A stretch of DNA of 62,199 bases, from positions 1-62,199 of the IMG/VR virus record IMGVR_UViG_3300024182_000003; one strand, 5' to 3'. The DNA comes from a virus (lineage: Duplodnaviria; Caudoviricetes). Within the stretch, counting starts at the first letter, position 1. Each line of letters begins with the position of its first letter. A program made the translations under genes and the position numbers. Positions 1 to 8,810 of the stretch are shown here, one piece after another. The notes under the pieces were generated by a model. That model was given only the letters and a program-made list of their open reading frames with translations. It had not been told where the DNA came from and made no database searches.

Positions 1-125
1 TGTTACTGACGAACTCAGTGTTGATGGTGTCGCTAATCGAAGTAGTCTGTATGGTCGTACTGGCATACAGATGGCGTGGATCATTGATGAGTCGCTTGAG
101 ATTGACGGTATCAATGAAGACGATC
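1..125. repeat. Direct terminal repeat (copy 1); assembly overlap indicating a circular/circularly permuted genome
   Basis: Bases 1-125 are identical to 62075-62199; an ORF reads in frame across the join. Confidence 0.95.
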
Positions 126-391
126 AACAAGACCTTGTTGCGATCTACGAGACTTCAGGCGATGGAGGTACTTGCTTGCCGTGCATCGGTGCTGCGGAAG
201 CTTCACCATATCCGCCTCTTCAAGGCCCGTTTCCTGGAGCGGTATGTTTTGGTCGAAGTCGTTGCAGGTGTAAGAGAATTCTCGTGGTAAGTCGTCATCT
301 TCGAGTTCAAGTGGCTAGTGTTCGAGAGACAGCGTTAGCGGGTGGGCTTAATCCAAATCTCGCAAGCATTATCAGGAAGTTTCGTATATGA
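2..391 (+). CDS. C-terminal part of putative minor head / head-morphogenesis protein (starts at 61806, spans the join, about 219 aa)
   Basis: In frame with ATG 61806; follows portal; TCLPC...CRC Cys motif typical of SPP1 gp7/Mu gpF-like proteins. Confidence 0.7.
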   Translation, partial: VTDELSVDGVANRSSLYGRTGIQMAWIIDESLEIDGINEDDQQDLVAIYETSGDGGTCLPCIGAAEASPYPPLQGPFPGAVCFGRSRCRCKRILVVSRHLRVQVASVRETALAGGLNPNLASIIRKFRI

Positions 392-747
392 AAAGAAGCG
401 GTTTTATAAAGCGAGGCAAACCGTTACTTAGACGCGGAGGAAGAATTAAGCCTGGGAAGCGAATGAAGAAATGGAATCAGGTATCGCAAACTGTAAGATC
501 GGAACTTGACAGACGTGGAATTAACTATTGCGAGTTTGCTGGATATATTGAACACGATTGTAATGGATTTTTGGCACCTGTACACGCAAGGAAACGTAGT
601 GGTGGTAGGATTACATTAGATGATGACGAACAATGGAAGAAGTGCGCGTTAGGTTGTCAGAACATCGGTCAAAAACTTGATGATCGAAGATACTTTTCGT
701 CAGAGCAAATGGAACGTGTAGTTGAAGAGGCGATAGCAAGACGATGA
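388..747 (+). CDS. Hypothetical basic protein, possible degenerate HNH-like
   Basis: ATGA coupling to previous gene; Arg/Lys-rich N-terminus, Cys/His cluster. Confidence 0.5.
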   Translation: MKRSGFIKRGKPLLRRGGRIKPGKRMKKWNQVSQTVRSELDRRGINYCEFAGYIEHDCNGFLAPVHARKRSGGRITLDDDEQWKKCALGCQNIGQKLDDRRYFSSEQMERVVEEAIARR

Positions 748-1115
748 TTTGTCAATGTCCGCTTTCTAAGTCTTTAAGGTTTCTGGGTTATCGAGGATGT
801 CAGGCAGAAGGTACGGAAATGCCGGTACTAATTGTGTTATCGCATCCTAACTTGGCGTTTCTAAACATTCAACCAATGCAAGTCGAAGTAGAGCTTGCGA
901 TATGTGTGAAGTGCTCTGAAGACTTGCGACCGCAAGATATATTGAACGATACTATTTGGAATGAGATCGAAACCAGATTGCGAAATAAAGGCTTGCAGTT
1001 GATGCCTGAACGAGAAGATGTCCTCTTGGCGTTTGTTGGAGTCGAAGAAGCTCAGGTTGTAAAGTTTTCGGGAATAAGCGCGATAGTTGAAAATACTACT
1101 CGTGCGATACTGTGA
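744..1115 (+). CDS. Hypothetical protein
   Basis: ATGA coupling; 123-aa ORF with Cys pairs. Confidence 0.55.
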   Translation: MICQCPLSKSLRFLGYRGCQAEGTEMPVLIVLSHPNLAFLNIQPMQVEVELAICVKCSEDLRPQDILNDTIWNEIETRLRNKGLQLMPEREDVLLAFVGVEEAQVVKFSGISAIVENTTRAIL

Positions 1116-1116
1116 A

Positions 1117-1134
1117 TGTCACTTCGAAGTGACA
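1117..1134. promoter_or_regulatory. Perfect-palindrome copy of the 18-bp dyad (TGTCACTTCGAAGTGACA), putative protein-binding site
   Basis: Exact palindrome lying 1 bp upstream of the -35 box of the head-operon promoter. Confidence 0.75.
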
Positions 1135-1135
1135 C

Positions 1136-1164
1136 TTGACACGTAGTGACCGTCATAGTAGAAT
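1136..1164 (+). promoter_or_regulatory. Sigma70-type promoter for the scaffold/capsid operon
   Basis: TTGACA-17 bp-TAGAAT. Confidence 0.75.
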
Positions 1165-1230
1165 AACCACACTTTGCCGCAGAGTGCATAAAGCTCACTT
1201 TTGCAGCCCCAATAAACGGGAGATCAATCA

Positions 1231-2073
1231 ATGAAAGTACGGGGAAAGAAAAAGAAACGTAGTGGTGCGTCATCTGAGGCTGATGAGCGCGAGCGTCAAT
1301 TAGCTGAGGACGAGGGAGAAGATTTCGAGTTTGAGATAGACGAGACACGACTTGCGGCAAACCTTCAGACTTATCTTCAGAAGCACGGAGGTAAGACTGA
1401 TACGAATGCTGATCCAGCGGTTTCGGCTCTCTTTCGCGATGGCTTGAAGTCTCAAAAACGTGCAAAGCATTGGCGTGAGTTTGTATTAGCGATTTCAGAC
1501 GCAACAGGGCTAAGTATTGACGAACTGGAAGAGCTTGCAGACGATTCACGTGTTCTTAAACCGGAGGAAGCGAAGGTTTGGGATGCGTTTATTGCTTTGA
1601 AGCTTAAACCGGAAGAAGTCGCTAATATCGTCAAGAATCACGATGACCTAAAGACAAGAGTAGCCAAGGCTGAACGTGCTAACGGTATAGCAACGGCTGC
1701 GAAGGTTTCCCACTACAATTCTGATGCGCTGTCTCGCTTACTAGATGCTGACAGCTTGCAAATCGAAACGCGACCTGTTCCTTCTGGCGAGGAAGGTAAA
1801 GGCGACGTAGACCGTGCATTTGTCTACAAGCTCGATAAAGACGGCAAGAAGACAGATGAGATACTTCTCACCGAGTATGCCAATAAGAATTGGTCGGCCT
1901 TTAAGGCGTCACTCCAGAGTGACAACGAGAGCGGTGATGAAGAAGAAGGTGTTACGTTTGTCAAGCAACCTCCGAGTGATTCAGGTGGAAAGAATAAGGG
2001 GAAGGAAACGGTTGTGGCTGCGAGAAACTATCTCAGTGGCGCTTACGGTACGTCTAAAGAAAAGACGACTTAG
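1231..2073 (+). CDS. Putative capsid scaffolding protein
   Basis: Acidic, helical 280-aa protein upstream of decoration and major capsid genes. Confidence 0.6.
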   Translation: MKVRGKKKKRSGASSEADERERQLAEDEGEDFEFEIDETRLAANLQTYLQKHGGKTDTNADPAVSALFRDGLKSQKRAKHWREFVLAISDATGLSIDELEELADDSRVLKPEEAKVWDAFIALKLKPEEVANIVKNHDDLKTRVAKAERANGIATAAKVSHYNSDALSRLLDADSLQIETRPVPSGEEGKGDVDRAFVYKLDKDGKKTDEILLTEYANKNWSAFKASLQSDNESGDEEEGVTFVKQPPSDSGGKNKGKETVVAARNYLSGAYGTSKEKTT

Positions 2074-2093
2074 GCGCGAGGGAGTAAGGTAAG

Positions 2094-2726
2094 ATGGGGA
2101 AACTAGTCTTCACGCCGTTTGCTCAGAACGATCCAGGAGATTTATGGATTGGCGACTTTACAGGTCGTGAACATAATCTTCCTGGCGGTGCGAAGGTAGA
2201 CGCTTCCCAATTCCTTGCTGAAGATGCGGTCAAAGTGGAAGTAGACACGGCAGGGGCAGCGGGTAATGCAACGGCAGTGCCTGTGATTGCTCTTTCCAGG
2301 GCTATTCCCAACGGTACAACGCTACATTTTGGATCGAAGAAGTTTGCCAAGCTGACTGCGGGTGCAGCGGCAGGGGCAACGTCTTTGACTGTTGAGGCAC
2401 TTCCGACTGCATTAGTCGCAGGGGATCAGGCCGTGTACGCTGGTACATTGCCGAAGCGGATACCATCGGGCACACTTCTTGGTCGAACCATTGCCGAAAG
2501 AAACGCGGGTACTGGATTTGGCCCGTGGGTTAACACTGACGAAGAGACGTACTTGCTTCTTTTTGACATTGTTGATGCTGCGGATAATCCGGAATGCGAG
2601 TTGTATCGGCAAGGGAGCTTGGTCAAGGAAAACTTCCTTCCTTCGTGGACTGACGCTACAATCTGGACAGCGGAAGCCAAGGAGGAAATGCGATCACTGT
2701 ACGAAACCACACAGGGGGTGTCATAG
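2094..2726 (+). CDS. Putative head decoration protein
   Basis: Directly upstream of the capsid gene; IPSGTLLGR motif, Ala/Gly-rich insertion. Confidence 0.6.
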   Translation: MGKLVFTPFAQNDPGDLWIGDFTGREHNLPGGAKVDASQFLAEDAVKVEVDTAGAAGNATAVPVIALSRAIPNGTTLHFGSKKFAKLTAGAAAGATSLTVEALPTALVAGDQAVYAGTLPKRIPSGTLLGRTIAERNAGTGFGPWVNTDEETYLLLFDIVDAADNPECELYRQGSLVKENFLPSWTDATIWTAEAKEEMRSLYETTQGVS

Positions 2727-2729
2727 CTT

Positions 2730-3839
2730 ATGGACATTGCATCGTTACTTGCGAAGATGATTCGCGATGGTGTCTTTGCCCTTACGGCGAATGACCCTCG
2801 CATACAATTTGGGACGCCGCGTAGACAGTATCTTGGAGCTACGTTGCTTCCTGAGAGACAAACGGAAAACGCATTCACCGATTCCGAGATCAGGTATCGG
2901 AGCTTGCTTGCAAACGCTGGTTCTCGCTACTCGCCTGTTCAGCGTAAGAACAATGGACAACTCGTTGGTCAATTCCAGGTGACTCTTGGTAATCAAGACA
3001 TCGGTTCTGAATTTGCCGGCCCTGTATTCGATGCTTTAATCCTTCTGCTCGGCAGAACTGGAGCGGCACCGTCTATTCAGGCTGAGGCGGAGATTATCAG
3101 GTTCACTGATTTGACTATCGTGCGTCCATTGGTTGAGCTAACTGAGCTTACGAGATGGCAAGCGTTGATTGACGGTCAGGTTGAGATATACGGCGACAAT
3201 GGATTTCACGATGTTGTGACTTATCCGAATACGACTGGTCAGCGCGTTAATACCGTTGCTGATTGGACTGACCCGGATGCAAACATTTGGGATGACATTC
3301 TCGAACGACATCAATTCCTCGTTGATCAGGGCTATCAGGTTAATCGAATCATTACAAGTCGAAGAGTCGTGGGCTTCATCTCGAAGAATAAGGGTGTAGC
3401 CACACGAACTGGACGGTTGATCATCATTGGTGGAGCAAGTGAAACCCTTACGGGTAGCGTTGCGTTGGCAGATATCAATCAGGCATTATCAAATGACGGT
3501 CTGCCACCGATTGAAACCTACGACTTGCGCTATCAAACCACTTCGTCAGGTGGTCGATTTATGGCTGATGACGTGATGATCTTCGTTTGCGACACTGGAC
3601 GTGATGAAACGATTGATCTTGGGCCGGACGCAGGACAGCGGTTTATCACTGGTACTCTCGGTTATATGGCTATCGGTCGAGCAGCAGGCCAAACAACCAA
3701 GGGTCGTATTGTTCACGTCAATCCCTTCTTGACTACGAAACCTCCAAGGCTCGAAGCTGAAGGATGGCAGACTTCAATGCCCGTCCTTCAAGACCCACAA
3801 GCCTTCGATGTGTTGAAGGGAATTGGACGACACTTCTAA
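2730..3839 (+). CDS. Major capsid protein (lambda gpE-like family)
   Basis: 369 aa; YLGATLLPE, E.TRWQAL.DG, W.DPDANI..DI and C-terminal ..MPVL..P motifs; position in head module. Confidence 0.8.
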   Translation: MDIASLLAKMIRDGVFALTANDPRIQFGTPRRQYLGATLLPERQTENAFTDSEIRYRSLLANAGSRYSPVQRKNNGQLVGQFQVTLGNQDIGSEFAGPVFDALILLLGRTGAAPSIQAEAEIIRFTDLTIVRPLVELTELTRWQALIDGQVEIYGDNGFHDVVTYPNTTGQRVNTVADWTDPDANIWDDILERHQFLVDQGYQVNRIITSRRVVGFISKNKGVATRTGRLIIIGGASETLTGSVALADINQALSNDGLPPIETYDLRYQTTSSGGRFMADDVMIFVCDTGRDETIDLGPDAGQRFITGTLGYMAIGRAAGQTTKGRIVHVNPFLTTKPPRLEAEGWQTSMPVLQDPQAFDVLKGIGRHF

Positions 3840-3888
3840 AGTGTCACTCCGAAGTTACACTAAGTAAATTTCGGAAAGGGGAAAGATC

Positions 3889-4281
3889 GTGGCAAAGACA
3901 CCAGCCAAGAAAACTATTCGGCGAATACTTCTGTCGGATGACTTTGTTTGGAACGGTACTGTTTATCCTCGTGGCTTTGTCAAACTTGGAGAAGTTCGCC
4001 TGTCAACTTACGGTAATAAAGTAATCGTAACTGATGAGATACTTAATCGACTTCAAAGGGCCGAAACAAGCCTTCATCCACCGAAGGAAGTTGTCGAGTC
4101 TGAAGAAGTAGATCAAGACACTCCGTTGCCAGAGGACTTTCCAGCGTATGACACTTTGATCGAGGCCGGTTTGTTGACTATCGAGAGTGTCAGAGCTAAG
4201 AGACCGCCTGAACTAATCGCATTAGGGATACCACCTGATGTGATAGTCGAGATTTCCGAAGCTCTTGATGCCGAAGACTAG
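3889..4281 (+). CDS. Hypothetical head-module protein
   Basis: GTG start with purine-rich RBS, after capsid gene; acidic C-terminal helical hairpin. Confidence 0.55.
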   Translation: MAKTPAKKTIRRILLSDDFVWNGTVYPRGFVKLGEVRLSTYGNKVIVTDEILNRLQRAETSLHPPKEVVESEEVDQDTPLPEDFPAYDTLIEAGLLTIESVRAKRPPELIALGIPPDVIVEISEALDAED

Positions 4282-4332
4282 GGACGGTAGGCTGATGTGC
4301 TCATTACCTACCGTCTCTGGAAGGAGTTTGAT

Positions 4333-4842
4333 ATGAAAGGTGAAGCGGCACAGCTTCGAGCCGTTGCAGCAGCTTTAGAAGATACGAGCAACGAAGACTT
4401 GATTGCTGATGGTTCGATTTCGACTGCTAAGCTTGCTGATGGTGCGATCACAAAGGCGAAGCTTGGAGTTGACGCTGGTTTTGCCGCGCTCATAGCAGCC
4501 GGTTTGGGAGTATCACAATCGTATGCAAAGGCGTTAGCTGGAGCAGCGAATTTACTCTTTACTCAGGATGCGACAGCGCGAGTAGTTCTAGTCGTTGTTC
4601 ACGTTGATGAAGTAATGGCAGCGGGATCAGGGACAGCGCCAACTTACAAGATCGGCGAAGTGGATACACCGGAGAAGTTCATTGCAGCAGCGACTATCGC
4701 TGGAAAGGCAGCGGGATCAATTCTTGTTGCAGCGGGTGCGCTCTCGGCCAATAAGAACTTGATCGTAACTAACACTCCTGCTGTAGGAAATGGAACGGGT
4801 GGAATCACAGTGACTGTTTTGATTCTACCGGCTGCGGCGTAA
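4333..4842 (+). CDS. Putative virion protein (head fibre-like)
   Basis: AAGGAG RBS before ATG 4333; Ala/Gly-rich with ADG.I..AKL repeats. Confidence 0.55.
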   Translation: MKGEAAQLRAVAAALEDTSNEDLIADGSISTAKLADGAITKAKLGVDAGFAALIAAGLGVSQSYAKALAGAANLLFTQDATARVVLVVVHVDEVMAAGSGTAPTYKIGEVDTPEKFIAAATIAGKAAGSILVAAGALSANKNLIVTNTPAVGNGTGGITVTVLILPAAA

Positions 4843-4857
4843 CTTCGGAGTGACACT

Positions 4858-5223
4858 ATGCCCACGCTTGCGCAGATCAAGAGTCAGTCAACGGATATCT
4901 TCGATGCGAATGAAGTGGACAAGGTTCGAGAGATCATTCGCTTCAAAGGTACTGGAACGCAGTTAGCACAGGTTCAATCGATGTGTGAGGCACTAAGTCT
5001 TGCACATCGACAGTCTGTGCGAGCTTTTATTGAAACCTGGGATCGTACAGGTGATTCGACTGAAAAGATGCGTGGTGGTGTCAAAGGCTTAGATCACGAT
5101 GTCGAGCGTAATCGTTTGTGGGTTACTAATCAGGTTCGTATTTTGTTAGGACTCGATGAATTGATTACCGAAGCAGAACGAGAAACTTTTTCAACTGTAT
5201 CGGAAGCTCGACCGAGGTGGTAA
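4858..5223 (+). CDS. Putative head-tail adaptor
   Basis: Size and position after head genes; helical. Confidence 0.5.
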   Translation: MPTLAQIKSQSTDIFDANEVDKVREIIRFKGTGTQLAQVQSMCEALSLAHRQSVRAFIETWDRTGDSTEKMRGGVKGLDHDVERNRLWVTNQVRILLGLDELITEAERETFSTVSEARPRW

Positions 5224-5576
5224 TGGCGCTTGATATAACGCCAATTGAAGCAGTAGGACTCAACGTACAACGCAATTTGTTTTTAGGCGATCGTACTTTG
5301 AAGATTCTGTCGCTTGCTTCTGAAGAGGATCGTGGATACTCTGAGGTTACGACTATAGCGGATAACTGGTTTGTCGAAACTGGTTCGCCAGGAAAGCCGC
5401 TTGATTTACAAATTGCTCAGATCGATCCAGTAACAAAGGATCAACTTCGTAAGGCTGCATTTTTTGCACTCGATGATGCTGTTTATCGAGTAGTTGATAA
5501 AGGAGTCGATCAGCCGTTTGGTGAATCGCTGATTTGGGTGTTTCGTATTGAGCCAACGACTGAGACTTTCTCGTAA
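5223..5576 (+). CDS. Putative head-tail joining (stopper) protein
   Basis: TAATG coupling; small beta-rich protein in neck position. Confidence 0.45.
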   Translation: MALDITPIEAVGLNVQRNLFLGDRTLKILSLASEEDRGYSEVTTIADNWFVETGSPGKPLDLQIAQIDPVTKDQLRKAAFFALDDAVYRVVDKGVDQPFGESLIWVFRIEPTTETFS

Positions 5577-6061
5577 TGCCAGTAAAGTTTTTCAAGAACG
5601 TAAAGAATTGGGAACAGTTCGAGATTGTATTAACTCGTGCTATTACTAAAGCCTTTACGTACTTAGGCCGTACTCTTAGCCGTTCAATTGAGCGAAGGGC
5701 TGAGACTTTTCATTTTACTCGTGATTATCAACTTAACGTCAGATGGTTAATAAGTGGTCGAGGATTAAATACTCGTTTTGAGATGTTTGATACTTCTGAA
5801 CACGCCGATGTAGTTGAAGGTGGTCGAGGTGCGAATAAGAAAGCTCCACCTGTCGAAGCGATTATGTCGTGGGTTGCAGTTAAGATACATCCACGTCAGA
5901 AGGAACTGCGTGGAACTGCTTTTGTAGTTGCGAGATCGATAGGTAGAAAAGGCTTTCCAGGGCACTTTCTTTTCCGTGATGTGGTGGGTCGTAATCCAGC
6001 GGCGATGAGAGATGCTTGCAAGATAATCGAGACAGAAGCAGCGATTGGATACAATGCCTAA
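5576..6061 (+). CDS. HK97 gp10-like neck protein
   Basis: HA.VVE.G...PP..AI..W...AF.VARSI..KG..G..F motif. Confidence 0.7.
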   Translation: MPVKFFKNVKNWEQFEIVLTRAITKAFTYLGRTLSRSIERRAETFHFTRDYQLNVRWLISGRGLNTRFEMFDTSEHADVVEGGRGANKKAPPVEAIMSWVAVKIHPRQKELRGTAFVVARSIGRKGFPGHFLFRDVVGRNPAAMRDACKIIETEAAIGYNA

Positions 6062-6560
6062 TCAGGAAGCGATAGGCATAAAACTCAAGACGGGTTTTGA
6101 GTCCGTTGAAGACACTGGTAAGATTTTAACAGAGTTTCGTACTGCTGAAAATCTTGATCAGATGTTTGCGATCATTGCTAATCAAAATAATGGAGTTTGT
6201 CACGGCTGGTTAATAGCGTGGACTCAGATACCGCAACAAGCTGAAGGGACAAACGATTGTGAGGTAGACGTAACTTACAGGTTTAAGCTCGGAGCCTTTT
6301 ATCCGTATAAGCACAAGCGAGAAGATGGTAGTACGTCAGATAAGAAGTTTCGCTTGATGGTTGAAGCGGTTAACGATTGGCTAAACGAGAATCGAGGACT
6401 AGGATTTCAAGTCGAAGGACATTCGGATAGATATGTGAATCATCAATTTTTGCAAAGTCAAAGCGATTTCATCGTAGCTGTTTGGTCACAAGGTGAAAAC
6501 GCTATTCGAACTCATTTTGCTGAGTTTATCCTAGACGTTGTAGTGACCAGGGTTTACTGA
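6054..6560 (+). CDS. Putative tail terminator/completion protein
   Basis: Position between gp10-like gene and tail tube; size. Confidence 0.5.
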   Translation: MPNQEAIGIKLKTGFESVEDTGKILTEFRTAENLDQMFAIIANQNNGVCHGWLIAWTQIPQQAEGTNDCEVDVTYRFKLGAFYPYKHKREDGSTSDKKFRLMVEAVNDWLNENRGLGFQVEGHSDRYVNHQFLQSQSDFIVAVWSQGENAIRTHFAEFILDVVVTRVY

Positions 6561-6573
6561 AAGGAGAAACGCT

Positions 6574-6951
6574 ATGGCGAAAATTCTGTTGTCAGGTTCC
6601 ATCAAGACAGTCGGAGATGTAGTTCCGTTTGAAATGTCCGAAGAACAAGACGGTGCAATCTTTGGTGATATCGTTGTTGCAGCGGGTGCAACGGTAGACA
6701 TCGCTATTGCATTTGTTAAAGCAAAGATTGCCTTCTTCTTTATGGTTGCGGATCAGAACGTGACCGTGACCTTTGAGAATGGAGGTACAGCGGATTCATT
6801 CGTTAGGCCAGCGACAAAAGCATTCTTCTGGTCTTCGTCTTTAGGACTTGTGAATCCATTCACGAGTAACGTTGTCAGTATGACCGCGCACAATACCAGT
6901 GATACTGAGACCGTGCTCAAGATTCGCGGTGTCGAAGATATCTCTTCGTAA
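6574..6951 (+). CDS. Hypothetical virion protein
   Basis: AAGGAG RBS; beta-rich 125 aa. Confidence 0.55.
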   Translation: MAKILLSGSIKTVGDVVPFEMSEEQDGAIFGDIVVAAGATVDIAIAFVKAKIAFFFMVADQNVTVTFENGGTADSFVRPATKAFFWSSSLGLVNPFTSNVVSMTAHNTSDTETVLKIRGVEDISS

Positions 6952-6978
6952 CTTTGAAGTGACGTTGGAGGTAAAAAG

Positions 6979-8010
6979 ATGACAATGCTCGTATCACCTC
7001 GTAGTTCGCAGTTTCGGGTAGTGAGATCAGCCTGGAAAAAACAGACTGATATCGATACTCCGATTCCGCTGAATGAAATTCTAACGGCCTTCAATTTAGC
7101 CGACAAACAAGTCCTACAAATTGAAAAAACCAGAGAAGCGATTCTCGATTGCTCTGGTCAATTCAGACTCGGTTATCGCAGTTTGACTAAGCTTGGTCGA
7201 TTGCCAATGTCAATCGAGATTGACCCAACAACTTTGGCGGGACTACTTGCCTTTGCTTGCGGTAAAGCTGCTGCGCCTTCTGGAAACACTAGCGCGATAA
7301 CGATCCTGGATGACACAGAGTTCGATCTTCCGATGACGAGCTTTGTGACAGGGTTTAAGGGCGGCGCTTCTCCTGGTCAATGGTTTCAGAGTGCCGTGCT
7401 GAATGAGCTTCGATTTGGTGGACGGATACGTGAGAGAATGAAAGCAACGGCTGATTGGGTTGGTCGTGGTGATCGTCCACCGGCAACAGGGTTTTCTTAT
7501 CCCAATTGCTCGGCTTATACTCCGTTGCTGTTATCGGATGGAGCGTTGAGTATTAACTCAGTCGAGTATTTACTCAAAGCATCAAATCCACCTCGTCGTT
7601 CAACTCAATTCGAGATGTTGATTCAGAACAAGGCGCTAACTTCCGATGATCCGTTTACGTTAGGTGATGATCAGACTCACCGTATGCAAAGGGCCGATCT
7701 TCGCGAGTGGCAATTTAATTGGAAAGTCGAAGGCGAGGAAAGCGACTCACTTCATTCTCAGGCTGTTGCGGAAGATGAAGTTGAAGTTATTTGGAGAATC
7801 GGTGGAGGGCCGGACTCTACACCTCCATACGTGGTAGTGACAGCGCCTGTCTGCATAATGCGTGAAGACGCTACTCCAAGTAATTTCGAAGGTGAAGCAA
7901 ATCGCAATGTGCTCAACATAGTGCTTGAGCCGAAGAAGGTTTCTGGCGACGCTACGACGCCGTTTACTGTCTCTGCTGTAATGAGCAACTCAACGCCGTT
8001 CCTTGGCTAA
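6979..8010 (+). CDS. Major tail tube protein
   Basis: GGAGGT RBS; 343 aa beta-rich protein preceding chaperones and tape measure. Confidence 0.65.
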   Translation: MTMLVSPRSSQFRVVRSAWKKQTDIDTPIPLNEILTAFNLADKQVLQIEKTREAILDCSGQFRLGYRSLTKLGRLPMSIEIDPTTLAGLLAFACGKAAAPSGNTSAITILDDTEFDLPMTSFVTGFKGGASPGQWFQSAVLNELRFGGRIRERMKATADWVGRGDRPPATGFSYPNCSAYTPLLLSDGALSINSVEYLLKASNPPRRSTQFEMLIQNKALTSDDPFTLGDDQTHRMQRADLREWQFNWKVEGEESDSLHSQAVAEDEVEVIWRIGGGPDSTPPYVVVTAPVCIMREDATPSNFEGEANRNVLNIVLEPKKVSGDATTPFTVSAVMSNSTPFLG

Positions 8011-8023
8011 GAAGGGGAAAAGG

Positions 8024-8410
8024 ATGACTAGCGGGTTTACGAAAGAAAAAATTCAACACACGGTCAGGCTTGAACTGACGTTGCCTGATATCTACAAAGA
8101 CGATGACGGTGTACCATTTGTCTTTGTAGCGTATATGCAAGTTCAGGCTCGCGCGGCAATGGATGAGATCGAAAAACAGCAAATCTTGCAAGAGTGGGAT
8201 CGTGATAGACGAAACCTTGAGATATTTGCTGTATTGACGGAAAAGCTTGAAGGATTCGAAGATTTGCTTGTGTCACCTCAGAGTGACGAAACTATGGCTG
8301 ATACGATTCGGAGGTACTTTGGGACACCGGATATGTTCGTGTTTGTGAACAGCTTTGTTCGCTTGTACGAATATGCGATGGTGCCCCCGCAGCTTTTTCG
8401 TCGTCTTTAG
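8024..8410 (+). CDS. Tail assembly chaperone
   Basis: Acidic protein between tail tube and tape measure. Confidence 0.6.
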   Translation: MTSGFTKEKIQHTVRLELTLPDIYKDDDGVPFVFVAYMQVQARAAMDEIEKQQILQEWDRDRRNLEIFAVLTEKLEGFEDLLVSPQSDETMADTIRRYFGTPDMFVFVNSFVRLYEYAMVPPQLFRRL

Positions 8411-8810
8411 AATCTTTGCGTGGCAGTTTACGTATGCTCAGGATATGGCGCGGGAGCTTGGCCCTGCGTTTTATTGTCCTTTATGTGAACGGCCAGAAAA
8501 GGACTTACCTCGTGGGTGTCCGCAATGTCAATTGACAGAAGTTCAAAACATCTTGTATGCGGTAACTGTTGAAGAGGTACTTCGTCGTAATAGGTTTCAG
8601 GAAAGGTTTCAGCGATGGGGATCAGTTTCGCTTCAACAGATCGAGCGATTGCATAGTCTAGTTTCGAAACTGATGACGAATGATGTGGTCTGGCGAGGAT
8701 CATCGCTATTACTTGCGAAGTTAGCCGACATAGTACAAGGCGAACGGACTCAAGCTGAACGGGTGAAGATATTTAACGCTGAAGCTGAGCTAAGGGCGCG
8801 AAATAAGTAA
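8355..8810 (+). CDS. Second tail-chaperone ORF (possible frameshift extension), Cys-pair containing
   Basis: Overlaps previous ORF in +1 frame, ends in TAATG coupling with tape measure; CPLC...CPQC. Confidence 0.5.
   Translation: MFACTNMRWCPRSFFVVFRIFAWQFTYAQDMARELGPAFYCPLCERPEKDLPRGCPQCQLTEVQNILYAVTVEEVLRRNRFQERFQRWGSVSLQQIERLHSLVSKLMTNDVVWRGSSLLLAKLADIVQGERTQAERVKIFNAEAELRARNK

Noticed and set aside
1052-1549. Antisense and nested ORFs in the track (e.g. 1052-1549, 2426-2878, 55762-56274)
   Set aside because: They overlap better-supported genes on the opposite strand and lack RBS or motifs
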